Positions 37,101-51,400 of a stretch of DNA of 64,000 bases are shown piece by piece. Both the position numbers and the translations under genes were made by a program. Source of the DNA: Bispira polyomma (lineage: Eukaryota); NCBI GenBank assembly GCA_965649765.1, contig OZ287758.1, forward strand, positions 31,682,001 through 31,746,000, given 5' to 3'. Every line of letters starts with the position of its first letter. Position 1 is the first letter of the stretch. The notes beneath the pieces are model-generated. The model was given only the letters and a program-made list of their open reading frames with translations. It did not search any database and was not told the DNA's origin.

Positions 37101-40100
37101 TACATTATTCCTATAAAGTAGAACCTTTCTGTTATATAAACAGTTCAATTAAATTAAGTCATATCAACAACAGACCACTATTGCTAATAACTGTAGACCT
37201 ATATTTCCTGTCTTTTATAAATTGGATGGAATATCCAATCAGTCACTTTTACCAGAGTCTGCAATTGATACAGAAATAAAGACATTATTTTTATCTAATT
37301 TCATCGTATTATTGGTCACTATTATTCTTATAAATAGAACCTTTCTGTTAATTAACAGTTCAATTAAATTAACCAGATATAGACCACTATGACTATTTCA
37401 ATAACCCTAATTTTACTGTGTTATTAGAAACCATCATTCCTATAAAATATAACCTTTCTGTTATTTAACAGTTCAATTAAATTAACCAGATGTGTCTACT
37501 ATAGACCACTGTGACTAATAATATAAAACATATATTTCCTGTCTTTTATAAATTGAATGGAATAATCAATCAGTCACTTGTACCAGAGTCTGCCATTGAA
37601 ATATAAACAAAGAAATTATTCTTAACCACTGTATTATTAGTAATCGTATAGTTGTAGTGTAAGAATTAAACCAAAGTCTGGAAATGCAGTGAGTCTCTGA
37701 CATTTATGAGAGCATTACACAACCTGTTCTGGCTTCTCCATTTTGCTTTGTCCCTAATAGCTCAGGGCTTTAAAGAGAAACACCTACTCCCAAAACACTA
37801 TCATTGGGGTTTGCTTCGGCCAGCAAACTGTTGCCTGTTGATATTTTTTTAACAAATTAAAACTGTAATGGTATTATCTGTTGCTAATTTATGTATGATT
37901 TATGGAGGGTGGGTTTAACCCTCCCTAATAGCAATAGTGATACCTTCCATCATATATAGTTATTTGTCTGCTTTAATAAAGACATTTTGAACAAGTAAAA
38001 GTAAGATTATATTAAATCAAGTTGGCCTTATACAATACTTGTCATTGACGGGTTTAGGAAAACCAAACAGAATGTAGAATTCTGTTGTAAACCATTGCTA
38101 TGACTTGATTTAAAGTAAATATGTGAGATCTTCTTTCATAGGCAGAACCACGGGGTTCAAGATACATCTTAAAATATTGTGCTTGAAGCTGCAGCAAACA
38201 TGTATCTCAGAACCAAATGTTAACATTTATGTTCACAATACATTATCGTAGTGGAACCCCCTTACTTTACAAAATCTTGGATCCTCTGATGTTATTTGAT
38301 GTAATATCAGTAGGTTTACATTGGAAATTTCTCTTTAAAATAGTTTACACTTGACTCAGTCAAATTATATTTTAAAGTATTGTTTAAAGTCCCTTTGAAT
38401 TTCCAAAAACACATTATTGATATGAATAACGGTAAGGCGGTACAATTTTTTGAAAATATAATTTTATGTTATAATTGTGATGAATAAATGTAATATATAT
38501 TTAAAATTTACTGAATGTAAATGATGTACCAATGTAAACTTAAACTGACTTGTTTATTAAACAAGGTCATTCATTAAATGAACTAATAGAAGTGCACTGA
38601 TATGAGGCACAGAAATGGGACAGGACATTCTTAAAACAATAGAAGCGGGTTTAGTGGACCGTCTACACCTATAAAAAGGGTTGAATGGTTGAAAAACAGT
38701 ACATTCTAAAAAAAAGAAACTTCTGATTCACAGATAATCAGGTGTTTCTTCAAAAGTAAACTCCTGCTTTAAATAATAGTTATCACACAAACAAAAGTTT
38801 GATTAAAGATAGTTTATTTGGGGCTTCTCACACTCAGGCCCTTTTATGTTCTTATCTATGATTCAAAGCTTGTTTTTTGCTTTTTGTTTGGAATACAGTA
38901 AACGATAACACTGACTAATGTTACACAATTTTTTTGGTCCAAATGTCTAATCATTTTAATCACTTGTGATATGTGTTTGAATTGATTTAAATGTTTATTA
39001 TATGCTTTCAGCAATGCACTCATTTAAGTCATACACAATACTGATGCACAAAGATATTCTTAAACAGAAGAAACATAGTCCTACTTTGTCATTGCAGAAA
39101 GGAATGATACCGATTTGCAGATTTGAATGCCAATCCCTTAATGTATATTTATATATGTATTATAGTGACTTATGCAAAAACCTAAACAACGTACAATAGA
39201 TTTAAAACAGATACAATATAGACAGACGGTCTGAGAGTCACTTATAAGTCACTTGAAAATGACGGCTGTGGCGATACAGAATATATAGATAGGATAAAGT
39301 CATTATTTACTTTTTACAAGACCCTTGAGCTTTTCTTATATTTCACACTTTTTCAATATAGATAATAATTAGGAATATTGTTGGCTATAATGGCTATAAT
39401 GTTTTTTTTGTGAACAATATCAATTTCAAAAGAAAAAACACTAAATGATAACAATTGATATGTTTAAACATGTAGAGGACATGACCCTCATTGGAAGATG
39501 ATACCACTGAATACACCTGTGCAATAATGTTTTTTTAATTTATGGTTTTGCCTAAACATTGTATTATTGATAGTTAAGTGATATATAACTGTAGTAGCCA
39601 CCAGACCTGAAGCTCTCTGAAACTTTGTCAACTTACAACAACTAAAGAAACTGTTGATGAATAACTTATTTTATTAAAGCTTTACATTTGTTTAGTGGAC
39701 GCATCCTCCTTATTTGTCCTCACTTATCAAATCTAGTAGCCTTACCTGGAGAAACCGCCCGTCCGTCCCCTCAACCCGACCAAACAGAAAAATCCGTAGG
39801 CGGTGCTTTGGCATTGAGGCTCCTGTTGAATAGAACAAACTCTCATACACTGTCAGATCACAGGATAAAATTACAGTTGTCAGTAGGGATCTGAAAAAAT
39901 ACCTTTTTGAACTGGCCTACCCCCCCCCCCTCCCCACTTTAGTCATCGTTCCCTTGGTGGGCACTTTTCTGGTAACGACCTTTGCTTGCCCCTAGACTTA
40001 CCCTTTTTCGATATCAGCACCTCAGGGGATGTTCTCATCTTAAGTTAATATTAAAATATGCTAAGTGATGAAGCTGAGCAAAGATATTATACAAAAAACA

Positions 40101-42467
40101 CGACCTGGCTATTGTTTATCAATTTTTCTATTGGTTGATGGATTGTGATGTTGTGTCTTAGGAGATACCTAGCATCAATAAGGCGCATTAAATTGTACAA
40201 TGTAATATAATACAATACAAAAAATGAATATCAGAAGAACACAAATACATGCTAAGAATTGTTAGGTTTTTGGTTAACTGAACCGAAAACGTGATGCAAG
40301 TTTGATAATTTTGTACTGTAAATAAGTGGAATTGACTGGTTTCATTTTTAACAGCACACAACAGAGATAAATATAATCAATATCAATTGTATGCATTAAC
40401 TTTTTAATTTGCAATAGATCCATGATATATATATCACTTTTGTATATGGAGTAAACAATTGCTTACATTAAAGACATCAGACACACATGAAAAAAGGCTT
40501 TCTTGTAATATTTGTATAAATGAGTATGTATTTAGATTTGTATACAGGTTATGTGTACACCGTTAGATATCATAGTAATGTAGAATCATTTCAGAAAATG
40601 GGCACAATATTTAAACATCACAGAGAATACACAGAGGAACTATTAGTATAAGTCAATAAAATTAACAACAAATTTCTATTTTAAACAGTACTTGTTAATA
40701 ATATGTTCAGGTAGACATGCACTTGTGAAAAATTAACATATTAAGAAGAAAATGGATTTGAAAATGTTTTTCAATTAAGGGATAACACATGACAAAGTAT
40801 GCCATATGGTAATTTTTAGCACGAATGGAGGCGTAGTAACACAAAGGGGAAGCCTGAGTGTTTCTAAGCTCCAAGCGTGCTAAAAATTACCATATAGCAT
40901 GCTTTATCATGTGACAACCCTATTCTAAGTACTATTACTATCTACCACTGACAGTTTCAGTATATCAAGTATATAATGCAGAAAATATTCCTTCGCATAA
41001 CATTTTATTGGCTATTGACAACGCAATATAAATATCAAGAAACCTAAATTATTAGGGCATTAGGGTGGAAAGGTGTGATAAATCATTCAATTCTCAGAGG
41101 CATTTCCACCCTTATTCCAGATGTGGCACAATCACCCTTATCAAAATGTCACATTATGAAGGAAGCCAGTGAGCAGCTAAAGGAACTTCAAACTGCTGAA
41201 AAGTTGGCTGCAATAAAGAAAAAATCCAAATCAGGTATATATTTTAGGTTTACAATCCTGTAAAAAATAGGGTTATTTCTCGAAAATAGTTAAAAATAAT
41301 TAGTACATGTTGTTTTATATTTCTAGATGGTAGATTAAAATAATTAGAAAGATAAAAATATGTTGTTGTTTTTTCTGTTCAAAGAATATGGTTTACAACT
41401 AATTCAAAAATAAATGCTCTGTATTTAGTATATTATATTTTTAAAACCCATTACATGATATCATATGATTTCATTGTTTCGTCATGCACCTTTTTCTGAT
41501 TGTAGAGTCTCGAGAATCAAGAGGATTTTCCGTCCTCAAATTTACAGAGTACATCAAATCCCTTGGATATGCTGCTAGGATTCAGCTGAATGTTCTCAAG
41601 CGATTTCAAAAGATGTGTGTGTTATTTCTAAAAGAGAATATTTATTGAATTTGACTGTTTTATTTTTAAATATAGCAACATATTAGCAGACAAATGTCAC
41701 TATCGAATAACATTTTACGTATTAACTATTTACAGGGCTATGAACGTAAACACATAAACTGATCGCCGAGAACCACGTTATGTGTGTTCGAGCTTCTCAG
41801 AAACTGAACAACTTTTACTTTTATTGCCTAAAACTCGATTTATAGATAGTATTTTTACATTTTCATGAGTAGAAATAATAAAGAGCAACATATATTTTAA
41901 TTATATTATAATTTTTATCTAAATTTTTACTCGTCATTGATTTTTACTATCCATTTGTAGAGATTATTTGTTGAATTTGACTGGGTTTATATTGTTCAAT
42001 ATATCAATATATTAACTGACAAATGTCAATTTAGAATAATATTTTACTCATTTACTATTTAACTATAAATTATTACAAACTTCTTAGCAGTGTAATCTAA
42101 TTGATTTTTTACTTTCCTTTATTATTTAGTTTTTTCTTGTTAATCAGAGATTAATATAGCTTTCAAATTTTACTGGTTATTAATATTCACTGTCCATTAT
42201 AATTCTATACTTTTTTGAGAGTATTTGTTGAATATTGTTAGACTGTTATATATTTAACTATAGCAACATATTATCAGACAAATGTCAATCTGAATAACAT
42301 TGATGTCATTTACTATTTAATTGAAAATTAATGAAATCATTTTACACTGTAATCCAATGTGTTTTATTTTATTTTAGTTTTGCATTTTTTTCTAGATCAA
42401 AGATGAATGTAAATTTCACAAAAAAATATTTATTTCCTGAATAAGTTTTTTTGCTACAATAAACATG

Positions 42468-42498
<31 letters not shown>

Positions 42499-45400
42499 TA
42501 CAATGATTGATTATTATTAAACTATACAGAACGGGCTATAAAGGAACAGAATTGTATAAGGAAGTTAAGAAACTCTTTGGAAATACCATACTGAGTACAA
42601 AACATCTAGAAAGTGGCATCCCAGACAGTTTCTACAGCACAACATACTCTGACACAGAATGCCAACAACCCAGCTCTTACAATTGTGAAGGAACTGATGA
42701 ATACAGGTAGGTTAATTCTTGCTCAATTTTAGTTTCCTTATGTCATTACAAAATTCCAACTAACTTATTAAGACTAGACATTGTGTCAATTCCAGTAATA
42801 CTTGCTGTGATAAATGTTAACAATACAAACATCAACAATATTGATGTCTGTGTTGAGGGCATTTGTTTATTGTTTCAGTGAATACAAAATCAGTAAATAA
42901 GAAATGTTTAGCATTGTTAAAATATAGTGTCAAATAGGGCCTCATAAATGGTAAAACTAGTGATTAAGTAGAAAGGCATTAAAACAACATCTGTCCAAGA
43001 GATAAAAATTCAATTTCGCAAAACAGAAAGATAAAACACAATAAAAATATCCATCATCATGTGCTAAAAAGATGAAACAATGTAATGTAAGAAACAAAGA
43101 ATGTGTAAGCTTTATTTTGTTTGGTCCATATTGAAACTACTGTAATAAGAACATCCAATCTGTCAAATGCCTTTTAGGCTGTATATGTTCTCATTTTCCA
43201 TATACAGAACATTTGATGGTTCGTGCAATAACGAGTTACATCCTAACATAGGAAGATCTAACAGAGCTTTAGCCAGGTTCCTACCCCCTGACTATGAAGA
43301 TGGTAAGCCTACTGGTGTAATCCTACTAAATACAGATACAGTTTGCCCTAAAACTATATCTGCTTTTGTATACACTGAACTATGCAGATTATTGGTAAAT
43401 CTTGAATCAGAAAACGACTTAGAGTAATGAGCTAAAACAGTGAAGAAAGGATAAACAGTAAAAAAACCTCTTAAGTGTTAACATACTTGTACAGTATACG
43501 TTAAATATGAGTAGGTAAATGTAATAACTTTAGATATGATTATGGCTAAGTTTGGTAAATTATTAGTACAATACGACACTGATGTTTATTGTAGTACATA
43601 CTTAAGTTATAAATCAATTTATTTATGTATGTATGTTAGGTACGTGCCACAGACTGGTGGGATAATGGATGCCTGCTCTACCAATATATCTAGCCCCAGT
43701 AGTAAAATCAACATAATCCCTCAACAAATGCCGAGCTATATGTAGCAGGACCAAGTGAGCACAGTTTCAATAAACGTTTTTTTCTGTTTACACACTCAAT
43801 CTACTCCAGATATTGAAGCCCCAAGAGTGTCCAGTGATGGATCAGCCCTACCCAGTGCCAGGGATGTGAGTGTGACTCTGTTTGAGAGCATGCCAGATCG
43901 AGTGAGTGGGGTGCACACCCAACTGGCCACGGTGGTGGGGCAACTGCTGGACCATGATATAACCCTCACACCTCCGTCAAGGGTATTGGTGGACGGTAAA
44001 ACTTTTTTTTGTACTGTGGGTTTGATCGAAATAATGGTGCACTGAAACACTGCACAAGTAGATATTTTTATTGGCGTTTATTATTCTCTTCAATTAGTTA
44101 TCAGTACTAGCCTTGTTTATCTCCGTAATCCAGAGAAGAGTCGAATAATTCCTCTTCAAACAAGCCTTAAGTTAATCTCTCCTGTTGGGTACTACGTTGC
44201 TTTTTTAATGACTCTGACTTTGAGTGTCACATTTATAAGGGAGATACAGTGCCAGCAAAGAGGATATTAAATTGGACTTTAAAGGTAAAGTTTTCATTCT
44301 AAATTAATCTAAAACATTACAATGTGGTTACCTCAAAAGTATATGACACTTCTGTTGCCATGGTTATAGGAGAACTGGTAGATGTTGACTGTGGTGACAG
44401 TGGCTGTGAGACAGAAGGTCTAGATAAATCAGAATGCTTCCCAATCACTGTCAGCAGCAGCGATCCAGTTTTTGGTGGGGAACCATGTAAAATGTTTGTC
44501 AGATCTCAGGAGTTCCTAAAAGATAACTGTGAAATTGGTAAGACCAATTACTCTGTAGAAATGTATCCTACTATGCCTCTTACCACATTAGGAACTATGT
44601 GCTTTACTGGTTTTTATTAGTGTTTTATGTCTCATTTCTGGAAGCATTCAAACACTAGAAATCCCCAAGGGATTAAACTAAGGGGACTGAGGTAAACCAA
44701 TTACTTACACATAATTTGGCACACAATATGAGCAATACGTTCAACATATTAACTAAATTGAACACATAATGACTACGTCCATATACAATACATTATTTTG
44801 ACTGTTACAGATAATCAGATATATTTTCAAATATATATGTATATTTCATTAATTCAGTGCATCACCAATATTTTAATATGGTGGTTTTAATTCAAGTAAC
44901 AATAATTTGAAAAGCACACAAGTCTGAATATTAATTAATCATATATATATAGTGGAATAGTTTCACATGACTAGTGGGAAATCCATCCACAATTTGGAAT
45001 ATCCATAATAATGTGGACTGCAATATATGCAGAAGTAATTTTTTTAAATGCCCCAACAGGCAATGATAATATTCTTCCTACCTTAAACACAAATATTAGG
45101 GATAGTTAATCTATTATTTTTACCAAATCCTGTTTGTTCCTTCATGTGGGAAAGTTTGTCAGGTTTTTACTGTTCACTGGTTTTTTATGCTTCTGCAATG
45201 GTTTTCATACACCGTTAAATCTAGTCATTTCGATATTACCTAAGCTGTTGTAAACAATGTCAAACTCAAGTAACTTTTAAGGGTAAATATTTTCATAAAT
45301 ATATAATATATACAAATATATAATCTTTACATAGCTTATATAAAGAAATTATGGTGTGACACATATCTTTAAAGTTCATTATTAATCAAAAGAAAATATG

Positions 45401-48400
45401 TCGTGCGAGATTATTAAGTAAAATTAAGCTTTTTAAGATTCTACTTGATTAAATTTATACCAAATATGTTGCTAAATTATTTACTTAGTAATTATCAATG
45501 ATAAAGAATATTTCTATCGCATATGCTTAAACAGAAAAAGATGTATTTTTTAGTCTAGTATTATACCAAGGAGGTGCAGATAGTTTATCAAAGTGTTGTC
45601 TTTAAGGGAATCGTGCAATATGGTGCAATAGGTGTAATAATTTTACAGACAAATGTAGGCCAAAGTCAATTATTTAGAAATTTATCAAACTTTGTTTCAA
45701 GTTGCTTCAAATATTTTTCACTGGGTACAGGTCTGATCATAAATAGATGATTCAACTCAGAACTAGTTAAAATCTTAATTACAGAAATATAACCCAACCG
45801 GGTTATAGTACTCTTTCTCTAGTTTTTTAAAGTCTTGTCAATCTTGTGCAGAGCTTTGGAGTAGTTCAAAATTCGGAATTTTATCTAAATCAATGCTAAA
45901 TTCTATTCCTAATAACGAAAATTCTATCCTTGGAGTACTCAAATCCAAAATTTTACCCAAATCAATGTTAAAGTATTTTCCTAAAAACGAAAATTCTACC
46001 GTATCCCAATCTAATTTATGATTTGTTTTCATTTTTTTTTAGTAAATCGTTTTCTTCCTATCCATACTAATTTTTTCTTGCTAGTATTCATTTTAGCTCT
46101 GATACTAAATCGAAAACTTCTAAAGTATATAGAGCTGCTAACAATGAACTCTCTGAGCCATCCATTGTCAAAGTAGTGTCGTCAGCAAATTGGGTAATCA
46201 TAAAATGTTTTGACTCCCAAAATAGCATTGTAATTGTGTGAATTTGCATTAATACCATGCCAGTCATTGAGTACACACAGATTAGGAAACTTGCATGAAA
46301 AAGATGCAACAAAATAGAAACCTGTGTCACCTATTTTGGTGATAAAACTACTATAAGTTTACAAACTAGCTTTTCAATAAAAATGGTAATTTACCCAAGA
46401 GAAGTGGAATGACAGGATCTATGTTCACAGTTTAGTTGAAATATCTACCACAAACTTGATAAGATTATCAACTTCAAACATTATGATCGTTGTGTGGAAG
46501 TGATTGTCTTGTTTGTTATGTCTGTGCAGACTGTTGAAAAATGTTCAAACTTGCTCAATGTTCAAACTTCTATAATAATTCATGTTATGTAAGTTAATGT
46601 TACTTTTACAGCGCTACAATCAATGACCAGGCATAATCTGTGGCACATATACAAGTCGATATGCAAAGGAATAGTGCGATAGGGGAAAAAGGTTTACTAA
46701 GTCGTAATCAGCAGACAAATGCTGGGGCAGAAAAGCGAGTTTATACAAATGTGTTTTGAGCTTTATCTCTATGTGACACATATAGGTCCTAGGGAACCGG
46801 GTAATGTACTTAGCAGCTGGATTGATGCTTCCAATGCCTATGGTAGCAGCCAAGATCTAAACCAACGCTTAAGGGATGAGGACCCCAACAGTGAGTCTTG
46901 TTTTCTATGTCTTGTTTAGTCGTGTTGAGTCAGTTTTACTGTTGTATTATTTTCGGAACCAAGAGTGATATGAAAATAAAAATTTGTAATTTTGGATAAT
47001 ATTTCACTAATTATTGGTACTGCGTAACAATAATATGTGTGTTTGGTGAATTATACTGCAATCTAAAGTCCTGGTCCTACCGGCTGTCACATTAGAAGTT
47101 GTTTGAAAATTAATTTGCGTAGGTTTTGTGTGGTATTCGTGGGAGTTGACGTACAATAGAGAGATGACACGCAAGAAATTAATAATTTCAAACCGTTTAA
47201 AATTTTGACACGCAAACCACGTAAAAGTGATACATGATTTAACGTAATATTTGCAAGAGGTGGCGTAGTATAACGGCTATATACATCACAATGTGTGAAT
47301 GACATGGTTTAACGTAATTAAACTTACTTAAATGTAACAAATGACGTCCTTCAACGTGTATTGGTGTACTCGTATGTGTCATACAGGGATTCAAATAATT
47401 ACTTTGACGTGAACTTATGCATCCCCTGCAAGACTTTACAGCTTTTGACGTACTAATACATGAATTTTAATGTCTGTTGATACCTTCAACGAGAAGAAAA
47501 TGTCCCTAATTAGAATTTTACAAGACATTTAGTATTAACTATTTACACGGTCCTTGCGTGACTAACCTAACCTAACCTGCATCCTGTGGGACTAGGGCAT
47601 TAGTGGTAAATAATTTGACAGAAATTGTTATCCTTCAGTAAATATTTTTTACAATTGTAATAATTCTTTATACCTGATACACTATCATTGAAATATTGAT
47701 GTCTTGTGTTTGTGTTTTTTAAGTTATTATATATAGGTAATTTGGCCCCACCAGTAACCAGTTTTTTGTTGAAATAAATTTTTTAATCTAGTGGGAATTG
47801 GGTGTTTTTCTGAAATAAGTTATTCGGGTACATTTCACCTACTACAACATGGCAAAACTTTAGAGGGTTGGGTATGTAGTGAATACTAAATATTTTCTTC
47901 AATGAGCAAAGTTGCAGTAAATAGTATCATCATATTTCATAACTTGCTTTGAAACTACATAAAAAAAAAAAAAAAATATTTTAGGAGGAAAAATGAAAAC
48001 TTCAGAGCATCCTTCAAATACTGATTCTGTTAGATACAAAGATTTGCTACCAACACAGAACGATCCTTTTTGCAGGGGAATTACAGAAACAATTAAGTGC
48101 TTTCTAGCAGGTTTGTTTCAATATTTGTTTACTTAAGTTAACCCTCTTCCTGCTTCACACTGACCTGGTTTTACATTTCTGTTTAAATTATAGAAAATGT
48201 ACGAACATTTATCATTTGTACATAAAGTTATATATTATGTGAGCTTCAACTAACATTGATACCATATTTAGCTAAAATCAAAAATATATAATAAAGTTAC
48301 ATGAAAAATATTCAGATGTGCATTATTTTTCCCTGATACATACTTTCAAATTAATATTGATTACCACATTTTTATGGATGCAGAACACTAACATGGTGTA

Positions 48401-51400
48401 ATCTATTTTTTTTATTAACAGTATTGTATGCATACATCACCAGAAAATATTGATGCATGTATAATTGAAGTGATTTATAACTATTATTGTTTACTCTATT
48501 CAATTATATCATACAAAATACTGAATTAGTATTATTATTATACAACACATCAAATATCATTCATGCATACAAACATAATTAGTATCAATAGACTACATGT
48601 ATAGGTGCATGACTATTACAAATATAAATACCTTTTACACATTAAAGAAAATTCATTATTTTGGCTTTTACACTAAACAACCCAAAAAGTACAGAAATAT
48701 TTAACAAATAAAGTTTTCTTTGTTTTCAAAGTTTTAAGGAATAATGTTGTGCATGATGTAACAATTCATTTTGATTGTAAACTATCCATTTTATGTTTGA
48801 AGTTTTTATACTTCCCTTTTTTCTGCATGTGGTCCATACAGCGGCATTCAGTTTATAGTTCTGAAACTTATTTTAATGGCAGGCATCTGTAATTCGCAAA
48901 GAATATTCAAATCTTTTACTTTTAAAATGATGAAACATTGATTCTTTTTAAAATATTTCTTTAGTCCTGACTAACTGCAGAGAACACCTTTACAATATAT
49001 CCAGAAAAGTACATTATACTTTCATATGTATCACATGTAGAAAGGCTAAGATTGTAAATAACGGAAATAATCTTAAATAGTGCTTTGATTCCCAGATAGT
49101 GAGCACAACACCAGCATAGAATAATAGTGCAGTATAGCATTACTTATAACTGATATCCTTTTATTAGGAGATGAACGTCAGAATGTGATGGTGGGTCTAA
49201 CATCGATGCATACAGTGTTAGTGAGGATGCATAACGTCATAGAAGGCAACCTTCACAGGGTTAATCCAAAATGGAATGGTGACAAGTTGTTTCAGGTAAA
49301 ACAAATACACAAAAACAAAAATGGTTAAGATAAATAAATTTGTTGCATCATCAGTTGATTATTTTTTAAATACTCCCAACTATTGTAATAGTAACCGCTT
49401 ACACTTTATAAAATTGTTTAAACCATTACTTCTAATAAAGAAGTGTACAACTTCCTGAATACCCCCTACTATATTTCTATACAAATATGGCCCAGTTTCA
49501 CAAAGCCTTTGTAAAGTTAATATGATCCTTTTTACAGCTATAGAAAGAGCTGTTAGGCTGTTTCTCAAACACATATTAAGGAAGAAGGACCTACTATTTT
49601 GTATATTTTTGATTCACTAGAGCCACATGTGGCAAACTATCTTCTATCACAACAAGTAAATTACTTAATAAGATTCTACTAGTTAATAACTGACTAAATA
49701 TTTATTAGGGCTTTGTGAAACAGGGATAATTAAAATACTGAAAATGTATTGAATGTTAGAAATGCTATGATTTGTGTGTGAATAAAATATACTGTGAAGA
49801 ATGGCAGTGGATTTAATATCAAGATAATATAGTAATTAGTAGACCATGCCAAGCTGGTATGTATATGCATATTCCTTATGGTAAATGTATGAACTGTCCA
49901 CAATTGGCTGTTTCGGACTTCACAAATCACTTGTTGCCCTATAACCAAGTATAACCAAGTATTTACTCAAACCTTTGTTATAATAACTCCACAAAGCAAT
50001 CAGGAAAATTTTAGCCATTAACCCACTTACTAATAGCACAAAAGTCAAACGTTCACCAGGAATTCATTGTAAAGCTATATTCTATAATGGGCGAGGATAA
50101 TAAGACATTCATTCCAAATTTGAAATGTGTTTTTACCATTTATGTAAAAAGGAATGTTGCCAATAGTAAAAATAAACTAGAATCCTTCCGAAATGTGTTA
50201 TGAGTATATTAGGGTCCAGCTCATAATTATTAATTGACATAATTTTAGATGTTCAGTTGGGAGAGGGAAAAATGATTCCAATGGATTTACTACAAATAAC
50301 TGTTGTCAAATGGCTGACATAAAATTTTTTAAATGTCTCTAAAAATCATGAATCAACATTACATACCAGTATACATTATGTAAATGTTCCAGCATACTAA
50401 TTATATATGTATACAGAAATGATAAATCTAACAATTGTATATATTGTGTCTCTAAATCCAGGAATCCAGGAGACTCCTGGGGGCTATCTGGCAGAGCATA
50501 GTATTTAAAGAGTTCCTACCAATGATTCTGGGACCTGACATGATGTCTAAATACAAACTCTGGCTAGAAAGACCCAGGCAGCGTTACTGTGGTGAGTCCG
50601 CTACACAGAAGTGACAGACATGGTTATGGTAGTATTGAGTTGTCATAATTATCAGTGGACAAGAACATCTTCACATCTGGTCCAAGCATATTTATTTTTT
50701 AACTATTCTAGACTTCATAAAACCTAAGGAATCTCGTGATTGTGAATTTCCTCTGGAATAAATTCAGTTCATGATTATTTGCCTATTCACATTATAAGTC
50801 CTATCCATTTTGTTTGTGTTTTTCTTTACCTAGTGTACATTGGGTTTACAAAAAATCTACTTATATCATTAAAATGCCTTGTTCATTTCTGCTTAAAAGA
50901 CACAGTTGACCCTATTTATATATCAGATTAGATGTATTAAAAGAACTAATTTGATACCGGCATATTCTTGTGTTTCAGTAATATCAGCATATTGGACCTT
51001 GTTTACATAAATCTAGGTATAAATGGGGGTTTGTCTGTGTGTGTCGTTAACTTAAATTTTAATTCCCGATTAATATTATTATATCTTTCAGTAAAAAACA
51101 TAAAAATATAGTCAAATGATTGCCCACAGGATAGTTGTGAGATTTTAATGAGTCAATATTCAGTCCTTTCATAAAAACCACTAAAGGAATATTTTTGTCT
51201 AGGACTTTGTACGTCTCCTATGGCCTAATAAATAGGCAGTTGGTCTGGTGATCAGAAGGTCTCTGGTTTGATTCTCTGTATATTATATTATTTCCAGGTT
51301 ATGACCCCTCATGTAATGGTGACATCCATAATGCTTTTGCCACTGCGGCCTTCAGATTCGGACACAGTATGCTCCCAGAATTCTTGACCCTTACAAACCA

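Noticed and set aside
39002-39199. Extra peroxidase exon after ctttcag
   Set aside because: No convincing in-phase donor, and the gene model closes without it.
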